DNA of 64,000 nt from Octopus sinensis (taxonomy: Eukaryota). Numbering within the stretch: the stretch's first letter is position 1; each line of letters opens with the position of its first letter. Position numbers and translations under genes: made by a program. The notes under the pieces were generated by a model. That model saw nothing but the letters and a program-made list of their open reading frames with translations, did not search any database and had not been told where the DNA came from. Shown in pieces: positions 24,826-38,255 of this stretch. The stretch is from contig NC_043013.1 of assembly GCF_006345805.1 (NCBI RefSeq), positions 16,864,001-16,928,000 of the forward strand. The letters are read 5' to 3'.

Positions 24826-25210
24826 GTGAAATACATACATACATACATACATACATACATACATACATACATACATACATACATACATACATACGTACGT
24901 ACATACATACATGCATACATACATACATACATACATACATACGTACATGCATACATACATACATACATATCTACATACATACATACATACATACATACAT
25001 ACATGTGTGTGTATGTGTGTGTTAATATGTATGTTATATATATATATGTGTGTGTGTGTATGTATGTTTATTAAAGTATATGTATATATGTATATGTATA
25101 TGTGTGTGTGTGTATGTATATGTATGTATGTATGTATATATATATGTGTGTGTATATATATATGTGTGTGTGTGTGTGTGTGCATGTATATATATATATA
25201 TATATTTGCG
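24826..25210. repeat. (CATA)n/(AT)n/(GT)n microsatellite
   Basis: Directly visible. Confidence 0.95.
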
Positions 25211-26519
25211 CATGTGATTACACTGAACATATGTAAATGATATCACACTCTATGGTCTTTTTTCATCCCTATAGAGACAAGTGAGATATCTAAATATCGG
25301 ATAAATATGATGTCTATGATATAGGTGATATCCCAGCAGAGCATTATCTCCCTATCTTCTTCTGTAACTGCTACTACTATTGTGCTGCTACTGCTACTAC
25401 TACTACTACTGTCATTACCACCAACACCACTGCCACCACAACAACCACCACAAACAACACCGCTGCCACCACACCACCACCACCACCACACCACCACCAC
25501 TACCATCACTGCCGCCACTGCTACAACCACCACCACCACCACTACTACTACTACTATTATATATCTATTTATCTATCTATCTATATATGTGTGTGTATAT
25601 ATATATATGTATATATCTCTCTCCATATATGTATATATTTATATATGGTGCATAAGCTTAGTAATACAAGGGCTGCGTTCAGCGTCCTGTCATATATTTA
25701 AAATGCATTCCCTAATATTGTTCATTTCTTGTTGCTATTTCACCAACATGCTCATCCACTCTTTCTTGAATCAACAGCTAAGTTTTTGTTATCAATATTC
25801 AAATGTGACTTAGTCAATGAATCTAGAATTCCTCTGTTTCTTCAATATCTTAATTGCTACAGCCCAAATGTAATTTTCATTTCATTTCAATTTCAACCAG
25901 AATCCCATTCCCATAGCAAAATGCTTATGAGATAATGTACACTAATTTAGTATTAATATTTTAATGATAAGAATAATACTTATTCTGTTGTGTCTGGGGA
26001 GAGTCATTTTCTTTTTGTGCCTTATAATGTAACACACTCACTGGTAAAATTTCCACTTTTTTTTTTTGCAAGATGCAACGAAAATTTTAGGAAAATAAAA
26101 ATAAGAAAGAAGTGGAAATTTTACCGGTAAGGCACAAAAAGAAAATGGCTCAAGAAAATGGAAGATGTTTTTGATGTTTTGAGCCTATACCCTTCTACAG
26201 AAAGGAATGAGGGGTGAAAACAGATGGAGAGAGGAAAAAAATGGATCGAAAAAAAGCGTGTCTGGATTAGTAGTTGCACACGTTGAATTAACCAGAAAGA
26301 AGTAAGTGGTTGGAGACATGTGCAGCAAGGTGGAGGAGCGTAGGTGGTGTAGGTGGAGGAGGAAAGTTTTATGTTGGAATGAGAGACAAAAGTTAAAGAA
26401 AGAAGAGAAAAGAAATTAGCAAAGTTAGTACAATATGAATTGCTCATGGAGTTTAAAATGTATGAGAAGTCATGGTAGGCTGGTCATGTGTCTATATGTA
26501 AGTTATGGTAGACTGGTCA

Positions 26520-27798
26520 TATATCTATATATATAAATGATGCAGTTTTTTTCAATTGCATGAACTAAATGTCAGAGTGGGGGATAAACTATCTGTATCA
26601 ACTTGCTATAAAAGCAGGTAGTAATTTTACCTTGTCCTTATTGTTAATGCAAGTTTTGAAGAGTGCACTTTGATTTTAACAGTTATTTTTTCAAAGCTAT
26701 AATGGAAGTGACAAAGGAGCATATTCAGCATATTTTGCTTTATGAGTTCAATAAAGGCAACAACGCAACAGAAAGTGCGAAGAATATTAATGCAGTATAT
26801 GAGGGTTGGACAATAAGTGTAAGCCAGTGTCAACGGTGGTTCCAGGAATTTCAAACAGGTAACTAGAGCCTAGAAAATGAGCCTCATCCTGGAAGATTTG
26901 TAGAGCTCAACAAGGACGTCCTGCAAACCCTGGTGGAACAAATTCCCATTGTAACTGTTGATGAATTAGCAGAGAAGCCTGAATTTGGTCATTCAACAAT
27001 TCAACACTTGTGTGCCATTGGAAAAGTCAGCAAATTGGGTCAATGGGTTCCTCAAAAACTTTCTGTGTCTAATCACATGCAGAAAGTGAATGTGTACACT
27101 TCTTTGCTGTTACATCTCACAAACGAACCTTTTTAGGGACCAAATAGTGACTGGTGATAAGAAATGGATTCTCTATAAAAATGTCAAGCACTGAAGACAG
27201 TGGGTAGAGAAAGAAGAAACAGCAGCACCCCATACTAAAGAAGGTATTCACCCACATAAGATATTGTTATCTGTTTGGTGGGATAGGAAAGGATTAGACC
27301 ACTTTGAACATTTAAACCTAAACCAAATGATAACAAAGGAGATCTACTGCGAGCAGCTTGAGTGGCTTAAGTCAGCACTAGAAGAAAAATGACCATCTTT
27401 GATTTCAAGATGAAAGGTGTTCTATCAAGATAATGCTCAGCCACATACAGTGAGGATGACATTGCAAAGGCTGGAGCAGTTTGAATGGGAAATGATGCCT
27501 CCACCCACCATATTTGCCAGACATCTGATTATCATTTATTCTGCAGTCATTAAAATTATTTGGACGGAAAAAATATGAATTCTGTAGATGAGGTCAGAAC
27601 AATACTGGAGGAGTATTTTTTGTTAGGGACAAGTGAATTTTGGAAGAGGGGCTTTGCAAGTCTACCAGACAGATGGAAGAACATTGTAGAAAATGAAGGC
27701 AATTATATTCTAGGTTATAAAGAACTTTATTTATCTTAATTTTACAAAATCAAAGAAGTATAAGAAAAAAAAAGCATTATTTATGGGATAACCCAATA
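26520..27798 (+). mobile_element. Near full-length decayed mariner (DD34D-type) transposon
   Basis: MEVTKEHIQHILLYEFNKGNNAT..., KLGQWVPQKL, IVTGDKKW, SVWWD, QDNAQPH, RWKNIVENEG across several stops and frameshifts; right TIR GCATTATTTATGGGATAACCCAATA followed by TA; left TIR partly retained (ATAAATGATGC, 26533-26543). Confidence 0.92.
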
Positions 27799-27816
27799 TA
27801 TATATACACACATACT

Positions 27817-27851
<35 letters not shown>

Positions 27852-27858
<7 letters not shown>

Positions 27859-28739
27859 CCACATACTGAAGATCCTAGAGGGGTTGGCACTAGACTTCAC
27901 ATCAAAAGCTATACCAGCTCCTGAACTGGATGTCACTACATTGTCCCAAAGGTTCTAGCCATCCCATCTAAAGTTAGGGCCAAGTACTGCAATAGCTTAG
28001 GATTCAAAGGCCCATGGTTATTTAATACCTTGCCAAAACATCTGAGAGATCTACTTGAAGTAGGGGTAGATGCTTTCAAAAACTAGTTTGACCTGTTGTC
28101 TAAGATTCCTAATTAACCTGCATCACAGCAAGAAGCTCAAAAAAGGGTAGCAATATCCCTCTTTCACCAAAAACCAGTCACAAAAGAATGGGTATTGAAA
28201 AGGTGATAACACTGGTGGTATGATCACAGCCTTTGGGCTGAAATGCATAAAAGAGAAAATATATATATGTATGTGTGTATGTGTGTATATATATATATAA
28301 TATATATATATATATACACACCCACATACTGAAGATCCTAGAGGGGTTGGCACTAGACTTCACATCAAAAGCTATACCAGCTCCTGAACTGGATGTCACT
28401 ACATTGTCCCAAAGGTTCTAGCCATCCCATCTAAAGTTAGGGCCAAGTACTGCAATAGCTTAGGATTCAAAGGCCCATGGTTATTTAATACCTTGCCAAA
28501 ACATCTGAGAGATCTACTTGAAGTAGGGGTAGATGCTTTCAAAAACTAGTTTGACCTGTTGTCTAAGATTCCTAATTAACCTGCATCACAGCAAGAAGCT
28601 CAAAAAAGGGTAGCAATATCCCTCTTTCACCAAAAACCAGTCACAAAAGAATGGGTATTGAAAAGGTGATAACACTGGTGGTATGATCACAGCCTTTGGG
28701 CTGAAATGCATAAAAGAGAAAATATATATATGTATGTGT

Positions 28740-28770
<31 letters not shown>
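27852..28770. repeat. Tandem duplication, unit 463 bp, bounded by (AT)n
   Basis: TACACACCCACATACTGAAG at 27852 and 28315; the unique parts read identical. Confidence 0.95.
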
Positions 28771-28773
<3 letters not shown>

Positions 28774-29029
28774 TATCATCATCATTATCTTCATCATTTT
28801 AACCCTTTCCATTCCATGCTTACAAATGTCAGACAATGTTTATTGGGGAATTATTTTACAACTAGATATCCTTCCTATCACTGACCATCACTTTTTATTC
28901 AACAAAAGGGTTTCTTATTTTCATGTCTTTGATGGAGATGATGCCAACATTACAGCAGATGATGCCAACGTTACAGCAGATGATGTCAACATTACAGCAT
29001 TACCATGCAGTTTTCAATGATGTGCAAAT

Positions 29030-29083
<54 letters not shown>

Positions 29084-29399
29084 CTTACATGCATATACGC
29101 ACTTACACGCATATACACATACACATACATATATGTATATGTATCTCAAAACAAAGTTGTTTTTTTTTCTCTATCTTCTTCAGTTTTGAAACTCCAGTCA
29201 GTATTTGTTGCCGAAGTGTTAAAGTTGTCGGTCATATCTGTCTTTGAATTCACGGTTAAGCAGTTTCATTTACATACAAGCTTTGTCTTTTGCACTGTTT
29301 CTTTTCTGCTTTATCCATTTCTTTATTTCTTCCCACCCTTCCCTATCCTGTTTGTAGTCTTACAATCAATATATCAATGCCAATGAGATGCTTATAATA

Positions 29400-29815
29400 T
29401 GTCATTACCATAGCTTACAGCAGTATCCATTTCTATTCTGTGACACTGTTCTTACAACCAAATGGATTGGGCTGTTGATTGCATTATTGCTATCCTATGA
29501 CATCTTTCTTACAACCAAATGGACTGGACCATTGAATGAATTACTGCTATCCTGTGGTACCATTTTTGTAACCAAATGAACTGGGCTAATGATTTACTAT
29601 TGCTACCCAGCAACACCTTTCTCACATCCAATTGGACTGATGAATTGAATGCACTATTATTATCCTTGTATGCAATCAGATGGACTGAGCTATTGAATGT
29701 ACAATTGTTATCCTGTGGCACCTTTCTTACAACCAATTAGACTGGCCCATTGAATGTACTATTGCTATCCTGTAGCACCCTTCTTACAACCAAGTAGACT
29801 GTGCCATTAAGAATT
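29400..29815. repeat. Degenerate ~58-bp minisatellite (about 7 units)
   Basis: Recurring TTCTTACAACCAAATGGACTGG...ATTGCTATCCTGT. Confidence 0.85.
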
Positions 29816-30270
29816 GACTAGAAGTGTATAGGTCATGGAGACAGCGTTATGTATCTGCCTATGGCTGGATGTGAACTGTCAATCATTTAATTAGTTGCTT
29901 GGCACCTTATTGTCTCAACTAAAATTACAAAATTTTCTATAACTCTGTGTTGTATGTGTCTATGTTTGTGCATATGTAAATGTTGGTGTGTTTGTGCATA
30001 TATGAATATGTGTGTCTATCCATGTATGTGTTAGCTTTGAATGTGTAAGAGTGTGCATGGATATGGTTGTATTTTGGAAGCCATGCTTGCTCGTCACTTT
30101 GCTAATTACATGCACTTATATATTCACACAAACACACACACACATGCACATGCACATGCGCACTTGCTTGCATGCACAGATGCACATGCACACACACACT
30201 CATTCATACATTTTGATACATGCAAGATATATACACACACATATATATATATATGTATAATATATATAGT

Positions 30271-30301
<31 letters not shown>

Positions 30302-30454
30302 TATATATATATGTATATGTATATTATATTGATGGAAGGCAGATGTTAAACGATGATGTTGATGATAGATAGGTAGATAGATAGATAGAGAGATAGAGAG
30401 ATAGATAATAAATAGATAAATAAATACATACAAACATATATAGATGGGTGTGTG

Positions 30455-30496
<42 letters not shown>

Positions 30497-31516
30497 CATG
30501 TGTGCAGTGTGTGTATGCATATATATAAATTTATGAATATATATTGATGTATGTTTACACACACACACACACATGCACATACACTCACACACATATACAC
30601 ACATCGTACTAGCATCAGCTCATTGATATTTAATAAATAAAATGGTATCTGTAGGAAATGGCACCACGGAATCCTTTACTATTTTCGTTCGATGACCTCC
30701 ACTATTGAAGAACAACAAGGTATCCTGGTTGTCTGCAACAATTATAGTTTAGAATTAATTCTGTTGGAATCAGATCAAGTCCCTTGGTTTTCTTGTTTTA
30801 ATTTAAGAGAGTTTTCAACTATAACATGACGAAGGAGATGGACTGAAGTGATTAGAGAGAGAATGAATGGTGGTGGTGGTTTATTTGGTTGCGGGAGAGT
30901 GGTGGTGGTACTAACGTTATGATAGCAATGGTGGTTGTGTTGATGTTGATGGTGGAGTGGAAGTAGCCATTACACTGAGAAATGGATTAACACCACCTGT
31001 TCAATCGCTTCAGAGAAACAAAAGGTCTTCCTTAAGAACCAGGCAACTTTTGCATGGTTGCCCAACCTACTAGAAATAGCAACCAAATCCTCCCACTTTC
31101 TTAAAAAATGGAAGGACACATAACATAAAATAGTAATCCTAGATCGGAATATCCACCGTTCTCTTCTACTTCACCATAAACCAATTTATTTCACCATGGA
31201 AACCATTTTACATTTACTGTTGGCAAGATCAAACATTCACTTAGATCCTTTGACTTCAACAATTCCAATAAACATAGATAAAGTATCCAGTGAAAAAGGA
31301 AAAATAGTAGTAAATGTGGGATGGTTATGGATGGAATGCCTTTGATCATATGTCTGCTAAGTCAAGGCTGACTGGGAGCTAAACATCAACAATAACTTTT
31401 TTATTTTAATCTGAAATAATTACTATTGTTAAAAAACCTTTACACCACCTGAAGGCATTGCACCAGCATGGCCTCAGCCCAGACAGTTAAAGCAGGTTTG
31501 GACAGACAGACTATAT

Positions 31517-31558
31517 ACTGTGCTGATGAGGTCTAAGAGACCGAAACATGTCATTAGT
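31517..31558 (+). ncRNA. Minimal type-I hammerhead ribozyme motif (canonical core, weakened stem I)
   Basis: ACTGTG-CTGATGA-GGTCT-AAG-AGACC-GAAA-CATG-TC-ATTAGT: perfect core, 5-bp stem II, palindromic ACATGT stem III; two stem-I mismatches next to the core. Confidence 0.65.
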
Positions 31559-31687
31559 TGTTTCCACTTCCATCAAACAAAGATCAGGCTTCCCTTTCTC
31601 CAAATATATACAAATTAACAGTCAAGCGAGTAATTCTTAATTTCTTGTAATTATCTCCCCTTTTCTTTGGGCATCACAAACCAATCT

Positions 31688-32050
31688 TTATATATATAAA
31701 ACTGAGAATGTCTGTCTGTGTGTTTCCCTAAAACTTGAGAACTACACAACCAATTTCATTCAAATTTTACACATGCCTTACCTAGGGTTCGGGGAGTGTC
31801 ATGGGCAAAAATAATTTTTAACTTTTTGCCTAGGGCGAGCCCACAGCAATATCATATCTTCTCCACTATGATTCCCTAAAACTTGAGAACTACACAACTA
31901 ATTCCATTTAAATTTTACACATGCCTTACATAGGGTCCATGTAGTTTCATGGGAAAAAAAAATGTTCAACCTCTTGTCTAGAGTGAGCCCATAGCAATAT
32001 CATATCTTCTCCACTATTTCAGTATTACGTGTTAAAAGTGAAACAAAAAC
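31688..32050 (+). mobile_element. Helitron-like non-autonomous element 5' region with ~150-bp internal tandem duplication
   Basis: Starts TCTTTATATATATAAAACTGAGAATGTCTGTCTG (a TC..TATATAA..TGTCTGT start typical of invertebrate Helitron-derived elements); CCCTAAAACTTGAGAACTACACAAC...CATATCTTCTCCACTAT occurs twice (~31726, ~31874). No 3' CTAG end identified. Confidence 0.5.
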
Positions 32051-32599
32051 GTTTCTCTATTTTATGTCAGATACTTTCACTTTAACAATAAAAATAATAA
32101 TAACAATTGAATTATATGTAGTAAGTAATAATTAAAATCAAACTAAAGTAACATAACAAAAGTAAAAATAGCAATTGGTATAAAATTGCATCAATGATTT
32201 GAACTTGAATAAGTGGTTTCACATGAATGGGAATAAATTTAAAAATAAAATTAGCGTGCAGAAATGGAATAGTCCAGATGGATAATAAAAGATTAAATTA
32301 AAGAAAAGACTATTGTCTATAAAGTATACAAGGTAGAGAAAAAAGAAGATTTGAACACATGGAAGAAAGCACCTTCGAAAAGTGTCTTGGTGTGACTATG
32401 AAAGGTATCTAATCAGAGGCGGTAAATTTGCCACAATAGAAGCAAGGTTCGAGTCAATGGAGCGTGCAAGGGAGTACTCGACTCGAACTTGCAAAGTGGA
32501 AATATTTTATTTTTACCTTTATATCTGGGATGTAGGACGCCCCGGAAAAAAAATATAAAACTATTTATTGAGTTTGGATGAAGGGGCATTACCCATGTC

Positions 32600-32830
32600 C
32601 TTTGCAGTTCCTCCAAGAATAGTGAGCTTGATGTCATTAATGTTCTATTTAAACTGCTTCAGCTCAACATCTCCAAGAAATCCAGAGATTTTCCAGTGGG
32701 ACATTGTCCTGGGAAGAAAGTATTAGGAATAATTGTTGGCGTGAAGCCAATTAGCAAGAGGAAGGGTTGGATGCAACATGGATGATGAGATGTGGAAGGA
32801 CAGGTGGTTTGGGAGTGCTTGATTGGTGTG
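32600..32830 (-). mobile_element. Non-LTR LINE ORF2 C-terminal fragment
   Basis: Minus translation HPTLPL...YFLPRTMSHWK...ELKQFK*NINDIKL resembles the SFxPRTxxLWNxLP...FKxxIN end motif of CR1/L2/Jockey-group LINEs. Confidence 0.55.
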
Positions 32831-33108
32831 TGTGTGTGTACAAGACAAGCAATCTCTGAAAGACAAAGGCCAATCTGGCAGTGATAGAAAAGCTAGAAAG
32901 TGGGGACAGCATGTCTAGGGGTCAGGGAGCTGGAGTTAATTAATAGGTGATTGAATGTCAGTGAGTCAAGTGGCCCTTCTCAGGATGCAATGCAGGATAT
33001 CTGTGCATGAAGCAGCAGCACTATCCCAGTTTGCAATTATCTTTTATCTTTTACTTGTTTGTTACTGGACTGTGGCCATGCTGGAGCACTAGTTTAAATG
33101 GTTTAATC

Positions 33109-33652
33109 CTGTAGTTACCCAAACTTTTTCAGGCTGCCAGCCCCTTGGCACCCAGGCCACGTTCCTAGTGCCTCCCCCACCTCACTCCAACACACATACT
33201 TATTTCTTTACTACCCACAAGGGGCTAAACACAGAGAGGACAAACAAGGACAGACAAACGGATTAAGTTGATTACATCGACCCCAGTGCGTAACTGGTAC
33301 TTAATTTATCAACCCCGAAAGGATGAAAGGCAAAGTCGACCTTGGCGGAATTTGAACTCAGAACGTAACAGTAGACAAAATACGGCTACGCATTTCACCC
33401 AGCATGCTAACGATTCTGCCAGCTCGCCCAACACACATACTATCACAAACATTAACTGCTTTCTGCAGCAAATTCAAAACAGCTGTATTTCACAAATAAA
33501 ACTTAACCTAATTATCCCATTGTGAGTTTTTTAAATCCATCGCTCTCTTTCCCCCCCCCCCCATTATCAACCCACTTTTCTTTAATGATCCCCACCCCCA
33601 GATCTTTTCACTGCTCCTAAGAGGGTAGTAGCTCCCACTTTGGGAACTACTG
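33109..33652. mobile_element. hAT-like MITE with 8-bp TSD
   Basis: TIRs CTGTAGTTACCCAAA and TTTGGGAACTACTG; TSD GTTTAATC (33101-33108) and GTTTAGTC (33653-33660). Confidence 0.75.
33201..33428 (-). mobile_element. Family-A SINE nested in the MITE, 13-bp TSD
   Basis: TSD CAACACACATACT at 33188-33200 and 33429-33441. Confidence 0.88.
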
Positions 33653-34439
33653 GTTTAGTCGAACAAATCAACCCCTGTGTTTATTTCTTTTTAAAGCCAG
33701 GTACTTATTCTATCAATCACTGTGGCTGAACCAAGTTACAAGGACATAAATAAACCAACACCAGTTTGTCAAGCAATGGGAAAGGAGACAAATACACAAA
33801 TGCACACACATATGCATACACACTCATACACATATGCAATGGCCTTCCACACAGTTTCCTTCCACCAAATTCATTCACAGAGCATTGGCCAGCTCAGGAC
33901 TATAGTAGAAGACCCTTGCCATGCAGTGGGACTGAACCTGAAGCTGTATGGTTGCAAAAGGAGCTTCTTAACCACACAGCCACACATCAATGATATCCTT
34001 CTTTAGGTATAGTATTGAGGAATTACATAAAGAACTTTATCATTTAAGTGTCTCTACATCTTTCATTTTTAGTATTTCCACTTCAATGTGTAGGCACTGT
34101 GTTGGGGCTGAGGACTAAACACCACCACCACCACTTCCACTGCTGCCACCACCACCACCACCAGTACTAACAATAAGAGCAACAACAACAAAGTATTTAC
34201 AATTACAAACCATTAAAGGAATTGTTAAATGATGTAAAATATTCCAGAAGTTTAACCTGTCTTATACACACATAAATAACAAATAAATTGATCTTGTTCC
34301 AATCTCAATGGTGAGTTATTTCATCCATTGAATTACCTGATCATTAAATCACTGGGTAAGTGGCTGAGTATTCCACAGGCGTATGGACCTATTTCAAATT
34401 AGCCATGACTGGTTGTAGGAAAAGATAAAATTATTCTCA

Positions 34440-35040
34440 GTAGTAGTAGTAGTGGTGGTGGTGGTGGTGGTGGTGGTGGTGGTGGTGGTGGTAGTAGTAG
34501 TAGTGGTGGTGTGGTGTGGTGGTGGTGGTGTGGTGGTGGTGGTGGTGGTGGTGGTGGTGGTAGTAGTAGTAGTAGTAGTGGTGGTGGTGGTGGTGGTGGT
34601 GGTGGTGGTGGTGGTAGTAGTAGTAGTGGTGGTGGTGGTGTAGTAGTAGTAGTGGCGGTGGTGGTGGTAGTAGTAGTAGTAGTAGTGTGGTGGTGGTGGT
34701 GGTGGTGGTGGTGGTGGTGGTAGTAGTAGTAGTGGTGGTGGTGGTGTGGTGGTGGTGGTAGTAGTAGTAGTAGTAGTTGTTGTTGTTGTTGCTGTTGCTG
34801 CTGCTGCTGCTAGTGTTACTGCTGATATAATTGTTGTTGTCATTGCTACAGTTGTTGCCATAATTGCTGGTTTTGCTGTTGTTGTTGCTGTTGTTGTTGT
34901 TGCTGTTGTTATCTGTGTTGTTACTGCTGTTGTTATTGCTGTTGTTATTGCTGTTGCTGCAGTCAATGATGCTAACTGCTATTGTTCTTATTCCTGGTCT
35001 TGTTGTTGCCGTTTTTGCTGTTGTTGTTGCTGTTGCTGGT
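34440..35040. repeat. (GGT)n/(TAG)n/(GTT)n trinucleotide field
   Basis: Directly visible. Confidence 0.95.
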
Positions 35041-35284
35041 ACCACTGTGGCTGCTTTTGTTATTTAATAAATGTGTTCCAATCATTATATTTTGCAGTTT
35101 ATAATTATTATTTCTTTTTTATTTCAAGAAGTTAGAGTGATTTGGCTCTTACTTCTAGCAAACTGTTGAACTTACCTTGGACCAAGAAATGTCAAATATC
35201 TCAACTGACACAGAAATTCCACACAAAAAAATGGTTTTTGTAACATTTTTCCTTTTACACTGTTGCAAAATGTTGGTTATACAA

Positions 35285-36070
35285 ACAAACACACACACAC
35301 ACACAAACACACAACACATCATACACACACATATGCAATACATACATATACACACAACACATCATACACACACTCACACACACACATACACACAACACAT
35401 CATACATACACACACACTCACACACACACACACACATGCACAAACATAACACATTACATGCATGCACACATACTCTCACACATCACACACACACTTACGA
35501 CACATACATGCACACATACTTGCATGTACACATACGCACATACACACACATCACTCATACACGCAGACATACACATACACTCTCACATCACATCACACAC
35601 ACCTACATCACACCTATATACAGACACACACATACAAACACACATACATGTGCACATATACATAAACACATATACACACACACACACTCACACATCACAT
35701 CACACATATATACACCTATACACACATACACACCCACACAAACTCACACGCATACACACATCACACACACACACACATCACACACACACACCTACACATA
35801 ATACAAACACACACACACACACATCACATCATACATATATACACCTATACACACATACATCACACACATACACACCCACACAAACTCACACGCATACACA
35901 CATCACACACACACACACCTACACATAATACAAACACACACACACACACACATCACATCACACTTATATACACCTATACACACATACACACCCACACAAA
36001 CTCACACGCATACACACATCACACACACACCTACACATAATACAAACACACACACACACACAAACACAAA
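35285..36070. repeat. CA-rich field with three higher-order ~110-130-bp units
   Basis: CACCTATACACAC...CCCACACAAACTCACACGCATAC...CCTACACATAATACAAAC occurs three times between 35690 and 36060. Confidence 0.88.
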
Positions 36071-36403
36071 GAGCAGACAAGAAGAAGTTCAATAAAACAC
36101 AAGACATAATTGGCAGAGAGAATTTTATTTATTGAAGCCGATCTCAATAATGTCGTTTATAAATTACATCAAACGTAGAGAATATTGGTGATACAAGGTG
36201 AATGATGATGAAAGAGGTGTCAAGGTAGACTTACTAGATTGTTATAAAAACTCTCTCCCTTTCTTCCAATTTTAGTGCTGTAATAACCCCCCCCCCAATC
36301 CCCACCACATTCCCCCTAATTTTATTGTTCTAATGGATCCAAGTTTTATCTCTTTGTTTTGTTTTCATGAAATTATTTTGGTCAGTTTATTTGTTTTATG
36401 AGC

Positions 36404-36480
<77 letters not shown>

Positions 36481-36706
36481 GTATATAAAGTTAATAATAA
36501 AAAATAGAAAGAACAATCGTATTTACAGCCATTTTGGTAAAACTTGTATATAGATACATACAAGCATATGCACATATGGTTTATATTCATATATATACAT
36601 ACATACACACATATATATACATACACACACACACACACAAACATACACACAGATAGATGCATATGCATAATGCTCATATGCGTATGTTTATATTCATATA
36701 TATATG

Positions 36707-36751
<45 letters not shown>

Positions 36752-36880
36752 AAATATATATATATATATATATCACACACACAGATAGATACATATACAT
36801 AATACTCATATGTATGTGTGTGTGTGTGTATGTGTGGATCATCATCATCATCATCATCAAACAGACATTAAATTATGAAA

Positions 36881-36917
<37 letters not shown>

Positions 36918-36921
36918 AATG

Positions 36922-36978
<57 letters not shown>

Positions 36979-36979
36979 A

Positions 36980-37040
<61 letters not shown>

Positions 37041-37259
37041 TATATTATATTATGTTATATTATATTAAAATATATTGTATTATATTATATTACATTATGT
37101 TACATTATATTATATTATTTTTATATGTGAGGTAGACCTAGGTGAACATGCGACGAGGTGATGAAGCATGATCTTTGAATATTGAGTCTCACTGAGGCAA
37201 TGACAAGTGATCAAGACCTCTGGCAATTTGCTGTGTTCAAAAAGACTTGTCAAACCAAG

Positions 37260-37475
37260 TGAAATCATAGTCATAGCTGGTGCTGGTAACACATAAAAGG
37301 CATTCGCTATTCTCTTGGAGTGGTTGGTGTTAGGAAGGGCATCCAGCCATAGAAACCAAGCCAAATTAGACTGGAACCCAGTAAAGTTCTCTGGCTCACC
37401 AGTTCCAGTCAAACTGTCTGACCCATGCCAGCATGGGAAATGGACACTAAATGATGATGTCGCTGATGATGATTA
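37260..37475 (+). mobile_element. RTE-type 3' end with (GAT)n tail
   Basis: GGTTGGTGTTAGGAAGGGCATCCAGC...CCCATGCCAGCATGG...GATGATG. Confidence 0.7.
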
Positions 37476-37479
37476 TATT

Positions 37480-38060
37480 TGCGTTGGACAAAGCATATCT
37501 CTAAAATTGTCAAGAAGGCCGAGGGTGTCTTGGCATCACTCAGCAAGACTTTTGTTAGCCGCTCTCCAGCCATCTATTTAAAACTGTATACAGCTATGGT
37601 ACGACCACACTTGGAATTCGCATCATCAGTTTGGAACCCCTATCTTGCTCAGAACATTGACCTCCTGGAATCTGTCCAGAGACGTGCAACCAAACGCATA
37701 CCCTCCATCAGACACCTACCATATTCTGAGCGCCTTGTTTCCCTGGGCATGGATTCACTGAAGCTCCGGCGTCTGGCGACGGACTTGGTAAACACCCACA
37801 AAGTTATCAACCACCTTACCAACAACAACACTGAACACCTTTTTGATCTCCATGTGTCTAACACACATGGACATGCCTACAAAGTCAGAAAACAACACAG
37901 CTCCCATGACTTTCGGAAACATTTTTTCATGCTCAGAGTTGCTGAAGCATAGAATAAACTGCCTGCGTCAGTTGTTGACTGCCATGACACTGCATCCTTT
38001 AAGGCCCTCATGCTTTCCAAAATCCGCCGAAACTACACCTGATTATATATACACTTTAGA
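37480..38060 (+). mobile_element. CR1-like LINE 3' end (post-RT region), 5'-truncated
   Basis: ORF 37479-37952: LYTAMVRPHLEFASSVWNPY, LESVQRRATK, YSERL, LRRLATDL, FFMLRVAEA*NKLP; followed by (TAT)n. Confidence 0.9.
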
Positions 38061-38091
38061 TGAGTTGTAGTGCACCTGAGCACTGTACACA

Positions 38092-38127
<36 letters not shown>

Positions 38128-38255
38128 GTTACATTATATATATTGTAATTTAATTTCTATTTATCTCTCACTGAATGGAGTACATTTTTTGTTGATTCTA
38201 CCTATATTGGATCAAGAGGTTATATGCCCATGGCTATTGGATTCTGACAGATTCT

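Larger units (their letters stand above)
33045..33985 (-). mobile_element. Family-B SINE interrupted by a hAT-like MITE
   Basis: Tail at 33045-33108 resumes at 33653 and continues to the head near 33985. Confidence 0.78.

Noticed and set aside
25700-25930. VAIKILKK (kinase-like) on minus and FLQYLNCYSPNVIF (PLE-RT-like) on plus
   Set aside because: Short matches surrounded by stops; neither can be supported without a search.
29400-29815. CRISPR-like appearance of the ~58-bp periodic array
   Set aside because: Whole units are degenerate copies with no unique spacers, there are no cas genes, and the context is eukaryotic.
30620-30830. Possible host exon (AG...GT around KWHHGILYYFRSMTSTIEEQQ, or minus-strand DNQDTLLFFNSGGHRTK...)
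   Set aside because: Weak splice signals, no recognisable protein, and no partner exons found.
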